Source: Candidatus Micrarchaeota archaeon (GTDB lineage Archaea > Micrarchaeota > Micrarchaeia > Micrarchaeales > CABMGC01). Taken from it: DNA of 63,163 nt. The position numbers and the translations under genes were made by a program. The stretch is from assembly GCA_028867435.1 (NCBI GenBank), contig JAGWGI010000004.1:1-63163 (forward strand), given 5' to 3'. This document shows positions 9,863-19,142 of this stretch, piece by piece. Within the stretch, counting starts at the first letter, position 1. Each line of letters begins with the position of its first letter. The notes beneath the pieces were generated by a model that did no database searches, had not been told where the DNA came from, and saw only the letters and a program-made list of their open reading frames with translations.

Positions 9863-9986
9863 GCCAGGGTGGCGGAATCCGGTAACGCGCCGGTCTTGAG
9901 TTTACTCAAGAGCTGATCCTCGGAGATGATGCGACAAGCAAACCGGTTCCCTTACGGGATTTAGGGTTCAAATCCCTACCCTGGCG
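9863..9986 (+). tRNA. tRNA-Ser(TGA) with a 40-nt intron (9901-9940) at position 37/38
   Basis: GCCAGGG/CCCTGGC acceptor, G73, long variable arm TCCC-TTAC-GGGA, anticodon arm CCGGT-CT TGA G^A-ACCGG; CTTG/CAAG central helix of a bulge-helix-bulge. Confidence 0.92.
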
Positions 9987-10003
9987 AATCTTTAACCCCC
10001 ACA

Positions 10004-10058
10004 ATCCTACATGTCCCTGCATTTGCTTCAAAAGTGGTATCTGCAGGGACGAAAGGAT
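10004..10058. repeat. Inverted repeat / hairpin between convergent tRNA-Ser and the Cys-rich gene
   Basis: GTCCCTGCA (10013-10021) / TGCAGGGAC (10042-10050) plus outer ATCCT/AGGAT. Confidence 0.6.
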
Positions 10059-10079
10059 AAAAAGACTCACAACCTACTT

Positions 10080-10325
10080 CTACTTTCCGCAGCCGCAGTC
10101 CTTTCCTGCGCATCCACACGACTCGCCACTACAAGTCGAGCACTGGCAACTCCCACTTTGGCATCCCTCCGTAGAGTTTAGCTGCCTAAATGCCATTCTC
10201 TCACCCATCATGTATCCCTTGATGAATGCTCGAAGTTCCTTCTCGCTCAGCGAGTTCAAAAGCTCTTCCCTCTTTTTCCACATCTGCATCCTTTTTTCGT
10301 AAAATTCGTCCTTTTCATCTTTCAT
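10080..10325 (-). CDS. Small protein with a metallothionein-like Cys-rich tail
   Basis: Charged helical N-part, then GCQSGSCQCSTCSGESCGCAGKDCGCGK (8 Cys). Confidence 0.7.
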   Translation of the reverse strand: MKDEKDEFYEKRMQMWKKREELLNSLSEKELRAFIKGYMMGERMAFRQLNSTEGCQSGSCQCSTCSGESCGCAGKDCGCGK

Positions 10326-10395
10326 TCAATTACCTATAATATTAACCTGTTTAAGCTTATATACTCCCACCCCTTATTACCAAAGCTGATATCAA

Positions 10396-11163
10396 ATGAA
10401 TTGCAAGATAATCTTCCGGTTCCACAAACAGCTGGGGGTATGCCAAAACAGGTTAGAGCTTCTTCATAAGCTAAATCCAGAAATGGGAATCTATTGCATA
10501 GGCGAACAAAGCAACTACGACCAGGCAAAGAAGCTGTTAGGGGATCTGGTCGAAGACATCTACTTCCTCAAAAACAAGAGCAAAAAATGGAAATGGATGA
10601 ACGGAGATCTATCCCTCAGGCAGTGGTACATAGACAGGGGCAAAGAGCTCAAGTTCGACTTCGTTTACAACATTGAATGGGACATGCTCTTCTTGAAACC
10701 CCTTGCCGCATTCTGCAAAAACGTTCCAAAGGACGGCCTCGCCCTGAGCGGCCTTATAAGATTGGGCGGGGTCGAGAAGAGATGGTATTGGACAAAGAGA
10801 GAGCGAAAAAAAGAATGGCATGAGCTTCTTGGTTATGCGAAGTCGAGGTTCAATTACCGCGGCACACCCTACGCCTCCATAGGCTCCGGCTTTCGCATAC
10901 CGCGCAAATTCCTTGACTTTTACTCCGAGATAGAGGTTCCGCAGCTCTGCCATGACGAGCTGCGCATGCCGCTCTTCGGTCAGCTCTGCGGCCTTAAGCT
11001 CTATGACACACGCTTTTTCAAATGGTTCGACACCAAGGGATACAAGTTCTTCAACGCCATGAAAAATCCGATAAAGCGCGGCACCATAGAAAAGGAGCTG
11101 GCAAAGCCAGATGGCAGGAGGGCGTTCCATCCATACTACTCAAAATGGGCAGAAGCGCCATAG
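10396..11163 (+). CDS. Hypothetical protein, possibly glycosyltransferase-like
   Basis: 255-aa aromatic-rich ORF with NGD..W and FDFVYNIEWDML (DxD-like) segment; function is inference. Confidence 0.65.
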   Translation: MNCKIIFRFHKQLGVCQNRLELLHKLNPEMGIYCIGEQSNYDQAKKLLGDLVEDIYFLKNKSKKWKWMNGDLSLRQWYIDRGKELKFDFVYNIEWDMLFLKPLAAFCKNVPKDGLALSGLIRLGGVEKRWYWTKRERKKEWHELLGYAKSRFNYRGTPYASIGSGFRIPRKFLDFYSEIEVPQLCHDELRMPLFGQLCGLKLYDTRFFKWFDTKGYKFFNAMKNPIKRGTIEKELAKPDGRRAFHPYYSKWAEAP

Positions 11164-11217
11164 ACTACATCAATACCCTTAAATCTTTTGGCTGGCAATA
11201 TCTATAACTGGGGTTAG

Positions 11218-12939
11218 ATGGCAACTGATTACACTCTCTTCTTCGGCGAGGGCGCCAAGGGCGTTGTTGTTGAGAACTTTAGCGACGAGGATGAGAAGGC
11301 ACTTGGCTCCACAGTAACCAATCTTGAGGACAATATCTTTGCATGGAAGCTAACCGATGACTTCACCCCAGAGCAGGCAGGTGCGCTCCTCTCGCGGTAC
11401 AGCAGGACCTCGCTGACGAGCAGGAGGCTCTTCATAAAGGAATTCTATCCCAACAAGAGCCGCGGCAGGGAGTTCTTCGATGCATGGCTGGTTGACTACG
11501 GCGACGATTCGATACAGGAGATGGCAGGAGGGCTTCCGGTGTCATGCGAATACGTCTCAAACGTCGCGGTAAAGGACATAGAGGACTGCAGATTCGGCTC
11601 ATATATTGAGAAGTCGACAAGGTACGTTGCATTCGACAAGAAGCTGCCAAACGGGGACTACATGTTCTACAAGGATCCTCAGATACTTGCCTCAAGGCAC
11701 GCAGAGAGTTATCTGGACCTGATGGGCAGCCTGTTCGACTCATACTCAAGGCACATGGAGGGAATGGTAAAGTACATAGCAGACACAAACCGCATAGAGG
11801 ATATAGGCTTTAGGATAGGCAACAGGCTTGTCAGGATAAACGAGATGAACAGTGCAATAGAAGAGCAGTTCGGGATAACTGAAGCAGACCTACAGAAGTC
11901 ATACGAGAACGCAATAAAGGCAAATGCGTTGGACTTTCTACGCGACTTTTTGCCGATGTCCACGCTCACGCACGTAGGCATAAGCATGGACGCAAGATCG
12001 TATGAAAACATGATCAACAAGATGCTCGCCTCGCAGCTCCTAGAGTCAAGATTCATAGCAAAGAGGCTATGTGCAGAGCTCAAGAAGCTGGTGCCATCCC
12101 TGGTAAAAAGGGTGGAGGACAGCCACGGGATTGAAATGCAGGAATTCTTCAGGGAGAGAAACGAAAGCGCAGCCACAATGGTATCTGGTATTTCAAAAGG
12201 CATTGTCTCAAAGGGCGAGGGCATAGAGCTCAGAGAATATGCAGGCGAAGGCACGGCAAACCCAGATGTTAGAGCCCAGACAATAATTGCAACCATGATA
12301 ATCTACAAGTTCTCAAGGGGCACCAGCATCTCGCAGGCTGCCGAACTTGCGGCCAAGATGGGAGACTCCGAAAGAAAGAGCCTGATAAACACATATGTTG
12401 GAAGCAGGAAGAACAGGAGGCACAAGCCAGGCAGGGCATTTGAGAATCTGGATTACACCTTCGACCTAAACGGCAGGATAGGCATCTACCGGGACATACA
12501 ACGGCATAGAATAGGCACCCAGGAGAGGCAGAACTTCGGGGTAGAGCTCGGATACGACACAAGAAGCGCGTTCAAAGAAGTCGGGATAGAAGACGATTAC
12601 AAGCAGAAGATGTCCGAGGTCACAAAGCTATACAACAAGATATTCGAGAAGATGCCACATCAGGCCCAGTACGTTGTCACCTTGGGATTCAACATAAGGT
12701 GGTACTACAAGCTCAACGCCAGGCAGCTATACCATCTCTGCGAGCTTCGCTCAACGCACCAGGGCCATCCTGACTACAGGAAGCTGGTCCAGCAGATGGC
12801 GATGAAGGTCAAGGCAGTGCACCCTAGCGTGATGGAGCCGATGATATATCTGGATATGAGCGAGAAAACCCTTGGAAGGCTAGACTCCGAAATACGTATG
12901 GCAGTCAAGAAAAGCCAGTTGAATAATACTAAGAACTAG
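11218..12939 (+). CDS. thyX: FAD-dependent thymidylate synthase, long two-domain form
   Basis: SRYSR, YGDDSI.E, YIEKSTRYV, RDIQRHR, ELRS..GHPDYR motifs. Confidence 0.92.
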   Translation: MATDYTLFFGEGAKGVVVENFSDEDEKALGSTVTNLEDNIFAWKLTDDFTPEQAGALLSRYSRTSLTSRRLFIKEFYPNKSRGREFFDAWLVDYGDDSIQEMAGGLPVSCEYVSNVAVKDIEDCRFGSYIEKSTRYVAFDKKLPNGDYMFYKDPQILASRHAESYLDLMGSLFDSYSRHMEGMVKYIADTNRIEDIGFRIGNRLVRINEMNSAIEEQFGITEADLQKSYENAIKANALDFLRDFLPMSTLTHVGISMDARSYENMINKMLASQLLESRFIAKRLCAELKKLVPSLVKRVEDSHGIEMQEFFRERNESAATMVSGISKGIVSKGEGIELREYAGEGTANPDVRAQTIIATMIIYKFSRGTSISQAAELAAKMGDSERKSLINTYVGSRKNRRHKPGRAFENLDYTFDLNGRIGIYRDIQRHRIGTQERQNFGVELGYDTRSAFKEVGIEDDYKQKMSEVTKLYNKIFEKMPHQAQYVVTLGFNIRWYYKLNARQLYHLCELRSTHQGHPDYRKLVQQMAMKVKAVHPSVMEPMIYLDMSEKTLGRLDSEIRMAVKKSQLNNTKN

Positions 12940-12942
12940 CAG

Positions 12943-14289
12943 TCACATCTCTATGCCTTCATAGAGCGGGAACCTGCTGCATAGTTCAATCACCTGCGTC
13001 CTGACCTCCTGCACCTTTGCATTCGACACTACCTCTCTCCTGAACCTGTTTATCTCCGCAGTTCTCTCCTCCCTGTCCTTTCCTATGCTGTAGTCCTTAA
13101 CCTGGTCCACAACATCGCCTATCATGTTTCCTATGGCCTCCATCTCGGGCTCCTTCATCCCCCTTGTGGTTATAGCGGGTGTGCCTATCCTTATTCCGCT
13201 TGGATAGAAAGGCGAGGACGGCTCTGCAGGTATTGTGTTCCTATTTACTACTATCCCTACCAGATCAAGCGCCTCTTGAGCGAAGATACCCATGCCCTTC
13301 CCGTAAGCTGTCAAATCGACGAGCACCATGTGGTTGTCTGTGCCTCCTGTGACCAGATGCAACCCGCGCCTCTTCAAAGATTCACCCAGTGCACGGGAAT
13401 TCTTTACCACCTGCGCTGCATACTCCCTGAACTGCGGCTGCGAGGCTTCAAGTAGGGCTACCGCAATCGCTGCCGTCGTATTATCATGGGGCCCCCCCTG
13501 GAGCCCTGGAAATACCGCCTTGTCTATCTTGTCAGCAAGATCAGGATCCTTTCTGAGCCCTTTCTCCGTGACCATTATCATTGCGCCTCTTGGCCCGCGA
13601 AGGGTCTTGTGGGTTGTTGTAGTAACTATGTGTGCGTAATCCACAGGGCTCTTGTGCGCGCCGCCTGCGACCAGCCCCGCAATGTGGGCTATGTCGGCAA
13701 CAAGGTATGCGCCCACCTCGTCCGCCACCTTTGCCATCTCCTCGAACGGGAATTCCCTGACGTATGCGCTTGCGCCCACCCAGATCAGTTTAGGCCTGTT
13801 CTCAACTGCAAGCCTTCTCACTTCATCGATGTCTATGTACCCGTCAGGCTTAACATGATAAGGTACGCTCCTAAAGAACTCGCCTGTCACGCTGGTCTTC
13901 CAACCGTGGGTCAGGTGTCCTCCGTCAGTTAGGTTCTGGCCCATTATGACCTCTCCTGGCTTGCACAGCGCAGCATACACCGCGAAGTTTGCAGGCGAGC
14001 CAGAGTATGGTTGCACATTCACATGCGGGACATTGAAGAGTTTCCTCGCCCTCTCTATGGCAATGTTTTCAATCGCGTCTATGTTCTCGTTTCCACCGTA
14101 ATACCTCTTGCCTGAATAGCCCTCAGAGTACTTGTTGGTGAGCCAGGTGCCCAAAGGAAGTATCACGTCCCAGCTGGCGAAGTTCTCTGAGGGTATCATC
14201 TCGAGGGTCTCGCGCTGTCTCCTAAGCTCCTTATTGATGGCATTGAAGATCTCAGGATCCTTAGATTTAAGCGTTTTGAACCCCCCCAT
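12943..14289 (-). CDS. glyA: Serine hydroxymethyltransferase (bacterial type)
   Basis: IPSENF, NKYSEGY..RYYGG, GGHLTHG, TTTTHKTLRGPRG, VFPGLQGGPH, SGIRIGTPA; start uncertain. Confidence 0.97.
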   Translation of the reverse strand: MGGFKTLKSKDPEIFNAINKELRRQRETLEMIPSENFASWDVILPLGTWLTNKYSEGYSGKRYYGGNENIDAIENIAIERARKLFNVPHVNVQPYSGSPANFAVYAALCKPGEVIMGQNLTDGGHLTHGWKTSVTGEFFRSVPYHVKPDGYIDIDEVRRLAVENRPKLIWVGASAYVREFPFEEMAKVADEVGAYLVADIAHIAGLVAGGAHKSPVDYAHIVTTTTHKTLRGPRGAMIMVTEKGLRKDPDLADKIDKAVFPGLQGGPHDNTTAAIAVALLEASQPQFREYAAQVVKNSRALGESLKRRGLHLVTGGTDNHMVLVDLTAYGKGMGIFAQEALDLVGIVVNRNTIPAEPSSPFYPSGIRIGTPAITTRGMKEPEMEAIGNMIGDVVDQVKDYSIGKDREERTAEINRFRREVVSNAKVQEVRTQVIELCSRFPLYEGIEM

Positions 14290-14349
14290 ACTCTCAAGAA
14301 CCATATGCGCTCTGAAGGCATAAATTGCTTTCTGCACCAATGTGCGCTT

Positions 14350-15240
14350 TTAGTACATCTTCTCCAGTCTTGCTATCCTCTCCTCTATCGGAGGGTGTGT
14401 AGAGAAGAGGTTCATTAGGCTTCTGCCTGTGAACGGGCTTGAGAAGTAGAGTGAGCCAGTCACCTCGTTGGCGTGTATAATCTTCTGGGCATCGGGCGCA
14501 GAGGTGTATGCCTGTATCTTCTTGAGTGCATTTGCAAGTGCGCCGGGGTCTCTGATTAGCCTTGCACCGTTGGCATCTGCCATGTACTCCCTTCTCCTGG
14601 AAATTGCAAGCCTTATCAGAAGCGCGAAGAGCGGGGCGAGAAGCCCTATCACGAGCGCTATGATCATGAGGATCCCTCCCCTCCCCCTGCCGAATCCTCC
14701 GAAAAAGAAGAGCCCCCTTATGAAGGCAGCAACAAGTCCTATCACCCCTGCAAAAGCGATTGCAACTGTCATTACCAGTACGTCATTGTCTGCTACATGC
14801 GACATCTCATGTGCCAATACACCTTCAAGCTCGCTCCTGTTCATCATGCTTAGCAGGCCTGTTGTTACAGCAACAGAGGCCCTTCCCCTCCTACCTGTAG
14901 CGAAAGCATTTGGGTTTGGATCATCGATGATATACACCTTTGGCATCTTGACCTGTGTTGCAGATGCAAGGCCCTCTACTGTAGAGTAGAGCGTCTGGTA
15001 CTTATCACTGTCAGCTTCCTTGGCCCTAGATATTGCAAGGACCACCTTGTCACCAGTATAATATATCAGTATGGCGTAGATTACCACTGCCGCCATCCCA
15101 AGAGAGAAAGCAAATGGCCCACCTCCGAAGGCATAGACCAAGATATAAATGAGAACTGCAAAGAAGGTCCCAAAGATGAAAAGCAAGAGAAGTGACTTTA
15201 GCCTGTTCCTTGCTATCTCATCGAAGAAACTGGCCATCAA
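14350..15240 (-). CDS. htpX: HtpX zinc metalloprotease (M48)
   Basis: PNAFATG, ELEGVLAHEMSH, SRRREYMAD, STHPPIEERI. Confidence 0.95.
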   Translation of the reverse strand: MMASFFDEIARNRLKSLLLLFIFGTFFAVLIYILVYAFGGGPFAFSLGMAAVVIYAILIYYTGDKVVLAISRAKEADSDKYQTLYSTVEGLASATQVKMPKVYIIDDPNPNAFATGRRGRASVAVTTGLLSMMNRSELEGVLAHEMSHVADNDVLVMTVAIAFAGVIGLVAAFIRGLFFFGGFGRGRGGILMIIALVIGLLAPLFALLIRLAISRRREYMADANGARLIRDPGALANALKKIQAYTSAPDAQKIIHANEVTGSLYFSSPFTGRSLMNLFSTHPPIEERIARLEKMY

Positions 15241-15248
15241 AACACTTC

Positions 15249-15857
15249 TTACTTCTTCTGCGCCCCTGCGGACTTTTGCTTGGGATCTGGCGCAGAATCA
15301 TCGCTTGTCAAATCGACCTTCACCGGCTCCTTCTCGCCCTCGGGGGCCTGGAAGTAGTCCATCTTTTGGAAGTGCATAGGCCCTGCGAACATATTGCCAG
15401 GCACCTGCTGTATCGCATTGTTGTAGTCCATTACGTAATCGTTGTACGATGTCCTAACGAAGGCGATCTTGTTTTCAGTGTCCTCAAGCGCCTCCTGGAG
15501 GTTCTTGTATGTTTCTGAGGCCTTTAGATCAGGGTAATTTTCAGCCACCGCAAAGATGCTCTTTAGTGCCTGGCTCAACTGATTGTTCGCCGTAGCCTTG
15601 TCCTGTACGGAGCCAGACATGATAGAGGTCCTTAGTGCAGTCACCTGAGTGAGCACTCCTTTCTCGTACTTCATGTAACCCTTGACGGTCTCAATCAGGT
15701 TCGGTATCAGGTCGTATCTCCTCTTGAGCTGCACGTCTATTTGAGCCCATGCGTCCTGCACCCGATTTCGCCTGGAAATCAACCCATTGAATACCGTTAT
15801 CACAAAAAGAATGATTATTACAACTACTGCGATTGCCCCTATTTCTAGAAGAACCAT
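15249..15857 (-). CDS. lemA: LemA family protein
   Basis: AWAQIDVQLKRRYDLIPNL, AVAENYPDLKA; adjacent to htpX. Confidence 0.95.
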   Translation of the reverse strand: MVLLEIGAIAVVVIIILFVITVFNGLISRRNRVQDAWAQIDVQLKRRYDLIPNLIETVKGYMKYEKGVLTQVTALRTSIMSGSVQDKATANNQLSQALKSIFAVAENYPDLKASETYKNLQEALEDTENKIAFVRTSYNDYVMDYNNAIQQVPGNMFAGPMHFQKMDYFQAPEGEKEPVKVDLTSDDSAPDPKQKSAGAQKK

Positions 15858-15932
15858 ATAATCACAAACACATAACCAGTCAAGATATATAAATGGTAAA
15901 GCCATAATCTAAAATCCTGAAGTGGGGGTTAG

Positions 15933-16571
15933 ATGCCTAGAAAAGAGAGCGGCAAAAAAGGTAGGTTCATAGTGTTTGAAGGCATAGACGGCTCAGGCAA
16001 GAACACTCAGTCCAACCTCCTCTACGATGTGCTTTGCGCAAAGGGCCGCAAATGCCTCCTTACATCCGAACCCTCAGGCGGGGAAATAGGGGTATTCGCG
16101 CGGGAAGAGCTCGGCAGGAGGCTCGGAGGGATCGATATGCGCACCCTGCAGTTCCTCTTCATGGCAGACCGCTCAGACCATGTGGAACGCGTGATAAAGC
16201 CAAACCTCAGTCAAGGTATAGATGTAATTTCTTCGAGATATTTCTACTCCACGGTTGTCTATGGCGCGGCATTCGGCTCACGGTTTGCAATGGACATGAA
16301 ATGGCTGCTAGAGGCGAACACGCTCTTTCCAAAACCCGATGTCGTATTCTTCATAGATGTTCCCCCCGAAGTGGGGTACGAGAATGTGAAGCGGCGCGCA
16401 GGGAAGAAGGAGCGATTCGAGGAACTCGGGGATCTAAAGCTGACCTGCGAGTACTATCGAAAGCTATCTAGAAAAGTTTCTGGCACCAGATGGATAAGGA
16501 TAAATGGCAACAGGCCAAGGGCCGTAGTCGCAAAATCCATAACGAAAGAATTCGAGGAGCTCGGCTTGTAA
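15933..16571 (+). CDS. tmk: Thymidylate kinase
   Basis: FIVFEGIDGSGKNTQ P-loop, LFMADR, PKPDVVFFIDV. Confidence 0.93.
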   Translation: MPRKESGKKGRFIVFEGIDGSGKNTQSNLLYDVLCAKGRKCLLTSEPSGGEIGVFAREELGRRLGGIDMRTLQFLFMADRSDHVERVIKPNLSQGIDVISSRYFYSTVVYGAAFGSRFAMDMKWLLEANTLFPKPDVVFFIDVPPEVGYENVKRRAGKKERFEELGDLKLTCEYYRKLSRKVSGTRWIRINGNRPRAVVAKSITKEFEELGL

Positions 16572-16576
16572 TCGTT

Positions 16577-17197
16577 TCACATCTTTTTTGTAAGGCTCCG
16601 TATCCCAAGGGTTTGGGCAAGTTCCACATCCCCAAGCCTGTTGCCCGACTGTATGTAATAAACCCCGTCCTTGTACCTCTCGCTTGAAGGTTCGCCTTCC
16701 ACCATGACCTTTTCACGTTGCTTGCCATCGTCGCTGTAGACGTCGCAGGTATGGACCAGTTTTGCTTCAATCTCAACCTGAGGGATGTTCAAGCTCTTCA
16801 CAAGATTTCCAAGCGCCTCTTCCTGCACCTTCCTGTTGTACTCCTCTATCTCTGAGATGCTCCCGAATTTTCTGTCCTTGAAAAAGCTTACTACTTCTGT
16901 CTCGAACTCTCTGTTGCACTCCCTCCTTCCTTCGATATCCTCCTTGATCGCCCCCATCGCAGCGCATCCTTTCACATGCCTTTTTTCCGATCCATCGTGT
17001 ACGATCACGACGATGCTACTGATGTTTCCTGATTTGAGCATTTTCGAGAGCCCAGCCTCCAGCCCCTTCACATGCCCTCCCGCATTTCTGAAGAAGAGCG
17101 TTTTTCCGTCGTTGTAGTTCTCGTTGAGGTATGCATTCAGCCTGAAATCCATGCAGGCTATTACGATTCTTCTAACATTTTCCATGTTCCCGCCCAT
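16577..17197 (-). CDS. Divergent beta-carbonic-anhydrase-like protein
   Basis: IACMDFRL, RNAGG and a downstream H...GCAA zinc-ligand pattern. Confidence 0.65.
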   Translation of the reverse strand: MGGNMENVRRIVIACMDFRLNAYLNENYNDGKTLFFRNAGGHVKGLEAGLSKMLKSGNISSIVVIVHDGSEKRHVKGCAAMGAIKEDIEGRRECNREFETEVVSFFKDRKFGSISEIEEYNRKVQEEALGNLVKSLNIPQVEIEAKLVHTCDVYSDDGKQREKVMVEGEPSSERYKDGVYYIQSGNRLGDVELAQTLGIRSLTKKM

Positions 17198-17198
17198 A

Positions 17199-18086
17199 TC
17201 ATCTCTTCATGCGCCCTTTCATTGGTGTATCGACAGTCGGCCTTGGCTGCCTTTCCCTACCTTTCCATTCCCTGACCATGAGAGCATCTAGTTTTGTCCT
17301 CCCACCAATCTGCGATAGCGCATCCTGCGCGTCAGCAATCCTGCCAGCCTCCTCCTTGAGCGCCTGCACTCCAGAGAAAGCCACAAAAACATCCGAAATT
17401 CCCAGAGTCTTAAATACCTTCAATCCTAAAGAGGCGTCCTTCTCATGTACCGCAAGATGATATGTGCAGTAGGTGTTGCCTTCCTTATACTTTGCCGCAT
17501 CCCCAAACTTCTGCCCCGGAGCCAGCGGCTTGCCCACAACTAAATTAAACTCCGAATTCCCAGAATTATGATCGCATTTGTCGGTGTCTGTGAGCTCTGT
17601 TACAATCGATATCCCTGTAGTCATTATCCCAGTTCTGTTTTGGATGTCAGTTAGCATCCGCCTCAAATTAGCCTCTTGTTTTGGCAGATTAAACTGCTCC
17701 AGTCTCCTGGCGGCGTCCTCCCTATGGAGTTTTGGGCTCCCCATATATCCCTCCACATCGATTTTGAAATCTTTGAACTGGTTGACAAGCTTTTCCATTA
17801 TCTCCCAGTCGACCTGCTTATCACCCATTAAAACGCTCAGCGTCATATCTAGTGCCTTGCATCCTGTATGCCCACGTATTGTAATTGCTTCTATCCTTGT
17901 CGTTCCGTCGCTTCTCAAATTGCCCAATATCTCGCTTTCAATCGTGCTTTGAATTCCAAGTATGTTTCCCGCCTCGCATCTTACGCGAATTGCCCCCCAT
18001 CCCCTAGAATCAATGCGGCTGTTTAACCTTCTGTCCCCGCAATCAATCTCAATCTCCAAAGGTCTCTCGTCCAAAATTTCTGCCAT
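17199..18086 (-). CDS. Divergent beta-carbonic-anhydrase-like protein
   Basis: DCGDRR, RCEAG and GHTGCKA (CxDxR ... HxxC). Confidence 0.55.
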   Translation of the reverse strand: MAEILDERPLEIEIDCGDRRLNSRIDSRGWGAIRVRCEAGNILGIQSTIESEILGNLRSDGTTRIEAITIRGHTGCKALDMTLSVLMGDKQVDWEIMEKLVNQFKDFKIDVEGYMGSPKLHREDAARRLEQFNLPKQEANLRRMLTDIQNRTGIMTTGISIVTELTDTDKCDHNSGNSEFNLVVGKPLAPGQKFGDAAKYKEGNTYCTYHLAVHEKDASLGLKVFKTLGISDVFVAFSGVQALKEEAGRIADAQDALSQIGGRTKLDALMVREWKGRERQPRPTVDTPMKGRMKR

Positions 18087-18207
18087 ACTCTCATCATGCC
18101 AAAATTAGAAAGCAGCATCCAAAAATCAATGGAACAATATGCTATTATCTCTTTCCAGTCTATATAAAAACGGGTTAATATTTAAACTTAACCCATCAAT
18201 CGTTTCC

Positions 18208-18792
18208 ATGGAGAATCTTCCCGAAGAATCACTCAAGAAATACAACCAGCTGTATCTAGCGATAATACTGCGATATAAGGACTACATAGAAGAGAAGGAG
18301 AAGCTCAATGTTGCCGAACTCCCAAAGTTGATAACTCCACAAGACGAATCCGTAGCTGCCATATCAAATCGTATAAAGAGCGCATTCCAAAACTACTCCT
18401 ATCCGCGTGACTTCGAGGCAGCTGCGAGGTTCGCATTCGAGTACGTGAAGAACGAAATCTCCAACGTTTCATTGCCCATAGAGTTCTGGCTGATGCCCAG
18501 CGAAACGATAAAGTCCGAGGCAGGCGATGTGTTCGACAGGGCCACGCTGCTCTGCAGCATCTTCCTAGCCCTTGGGAACGTATCCTCAAAAGTGGTGATA
18601 GTGACAGGCTCCACTGCAAGGAAGTTCATAGTCTACGCTGAGCTGGGCCAAAAGATTATCTCACACGATCTTGAGGACGGTCCCCGTCAGTTCCCAGACA
18701 AAGAGGCTTTTATCAAGAGCCTAAGGCTAGATTCGGACGACGAATTGACGGCCTACGAATTCAGCGACAAGATGTACAACAGCCTCGCCTGA
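18208..18792 (+). CDS. Transglutaminase-like fold protein lacking the catalytic Cys
   Basis: AFEYVKNEI..FWLMPSETI..GDVFDRATLLCS resembles W..P.ET...GDC.D.A.L with Cys replaced by Val. Confidence 0.6.
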   Translation: MENLPEESLKKYNQLYLAIILRYKDYIEEKEKLNVAELPKLITPQDESVAAISNRIKSAFQNYSYPRDFEAAARFAFEYVKNEISNVSLPIEFWLMPSETIKSEAGDVFDRATLLCSIFLALGNVSSKVVIVTGSTARKFIVYAELGQKIISHDLEDGPRQFPDKEAFIKSLRLDSDDELTAYEFSDKMYNSLA

Positions 18793-19134
18793 CTACATGA
18801 TTTTTTTGAGGTCTACCCCAAAATAGGTAGTGACGTTCTTTCTCGCAAAGTAATAGAGTATGACCACCGGGATTACTATGGCAATGAAATTGCGGCTTAG
18901 CAGACCGAGCGCTATCGTTAAGCTGTAAACTACCACCCCAAACCACCAGGACAATCTAACCCCCTTCCATAGCCCATACCCAAGAACAAGATATAATACC
19001 GAGTAGGCAAGCTGCTCGAATGGGAGGGCGAATAGCAATCCCGATACGAAAAATAGCAAAATGCCAAGTACCCCTCCGCCAATCATGAGTCCAGAAAGAA
19101 TCGTAATGCCCACTGGCGCATGCGGCTTTGGCAT
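18793..19134 (-). CDS. Small four-TM membrane protein
   Basis: PVGITILS, GYGLWKG..W; hydrophobic throughout. Confidence 0.7.
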   Translation of the reverse strand: MPKPHAPVGITILSGLMIGGGVLGILLFFVSGLLFALPFEQLAYSVLYLVLGYGLWKGVRLSWWFGVVVYSLTIALGLLSRNFIAIVIPVVILYYFARKNVTTYFGVDLKKIM

Positions 19135-19142
19135 ATCTCTTC

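Noticed and set aside
9514-9909. 131-aa ORF on the - strand
   Set aside because: Shadow of the SemiSWEET gene and tRNA-Ser
10004-10058. SECIS element or hammerhead ribozyme
   Set aside because: GAA lies on the wrong arm and strand for an archaeal SECIS, the neighbouring gene has no in-frame UGA, and there is no CUGANGA core
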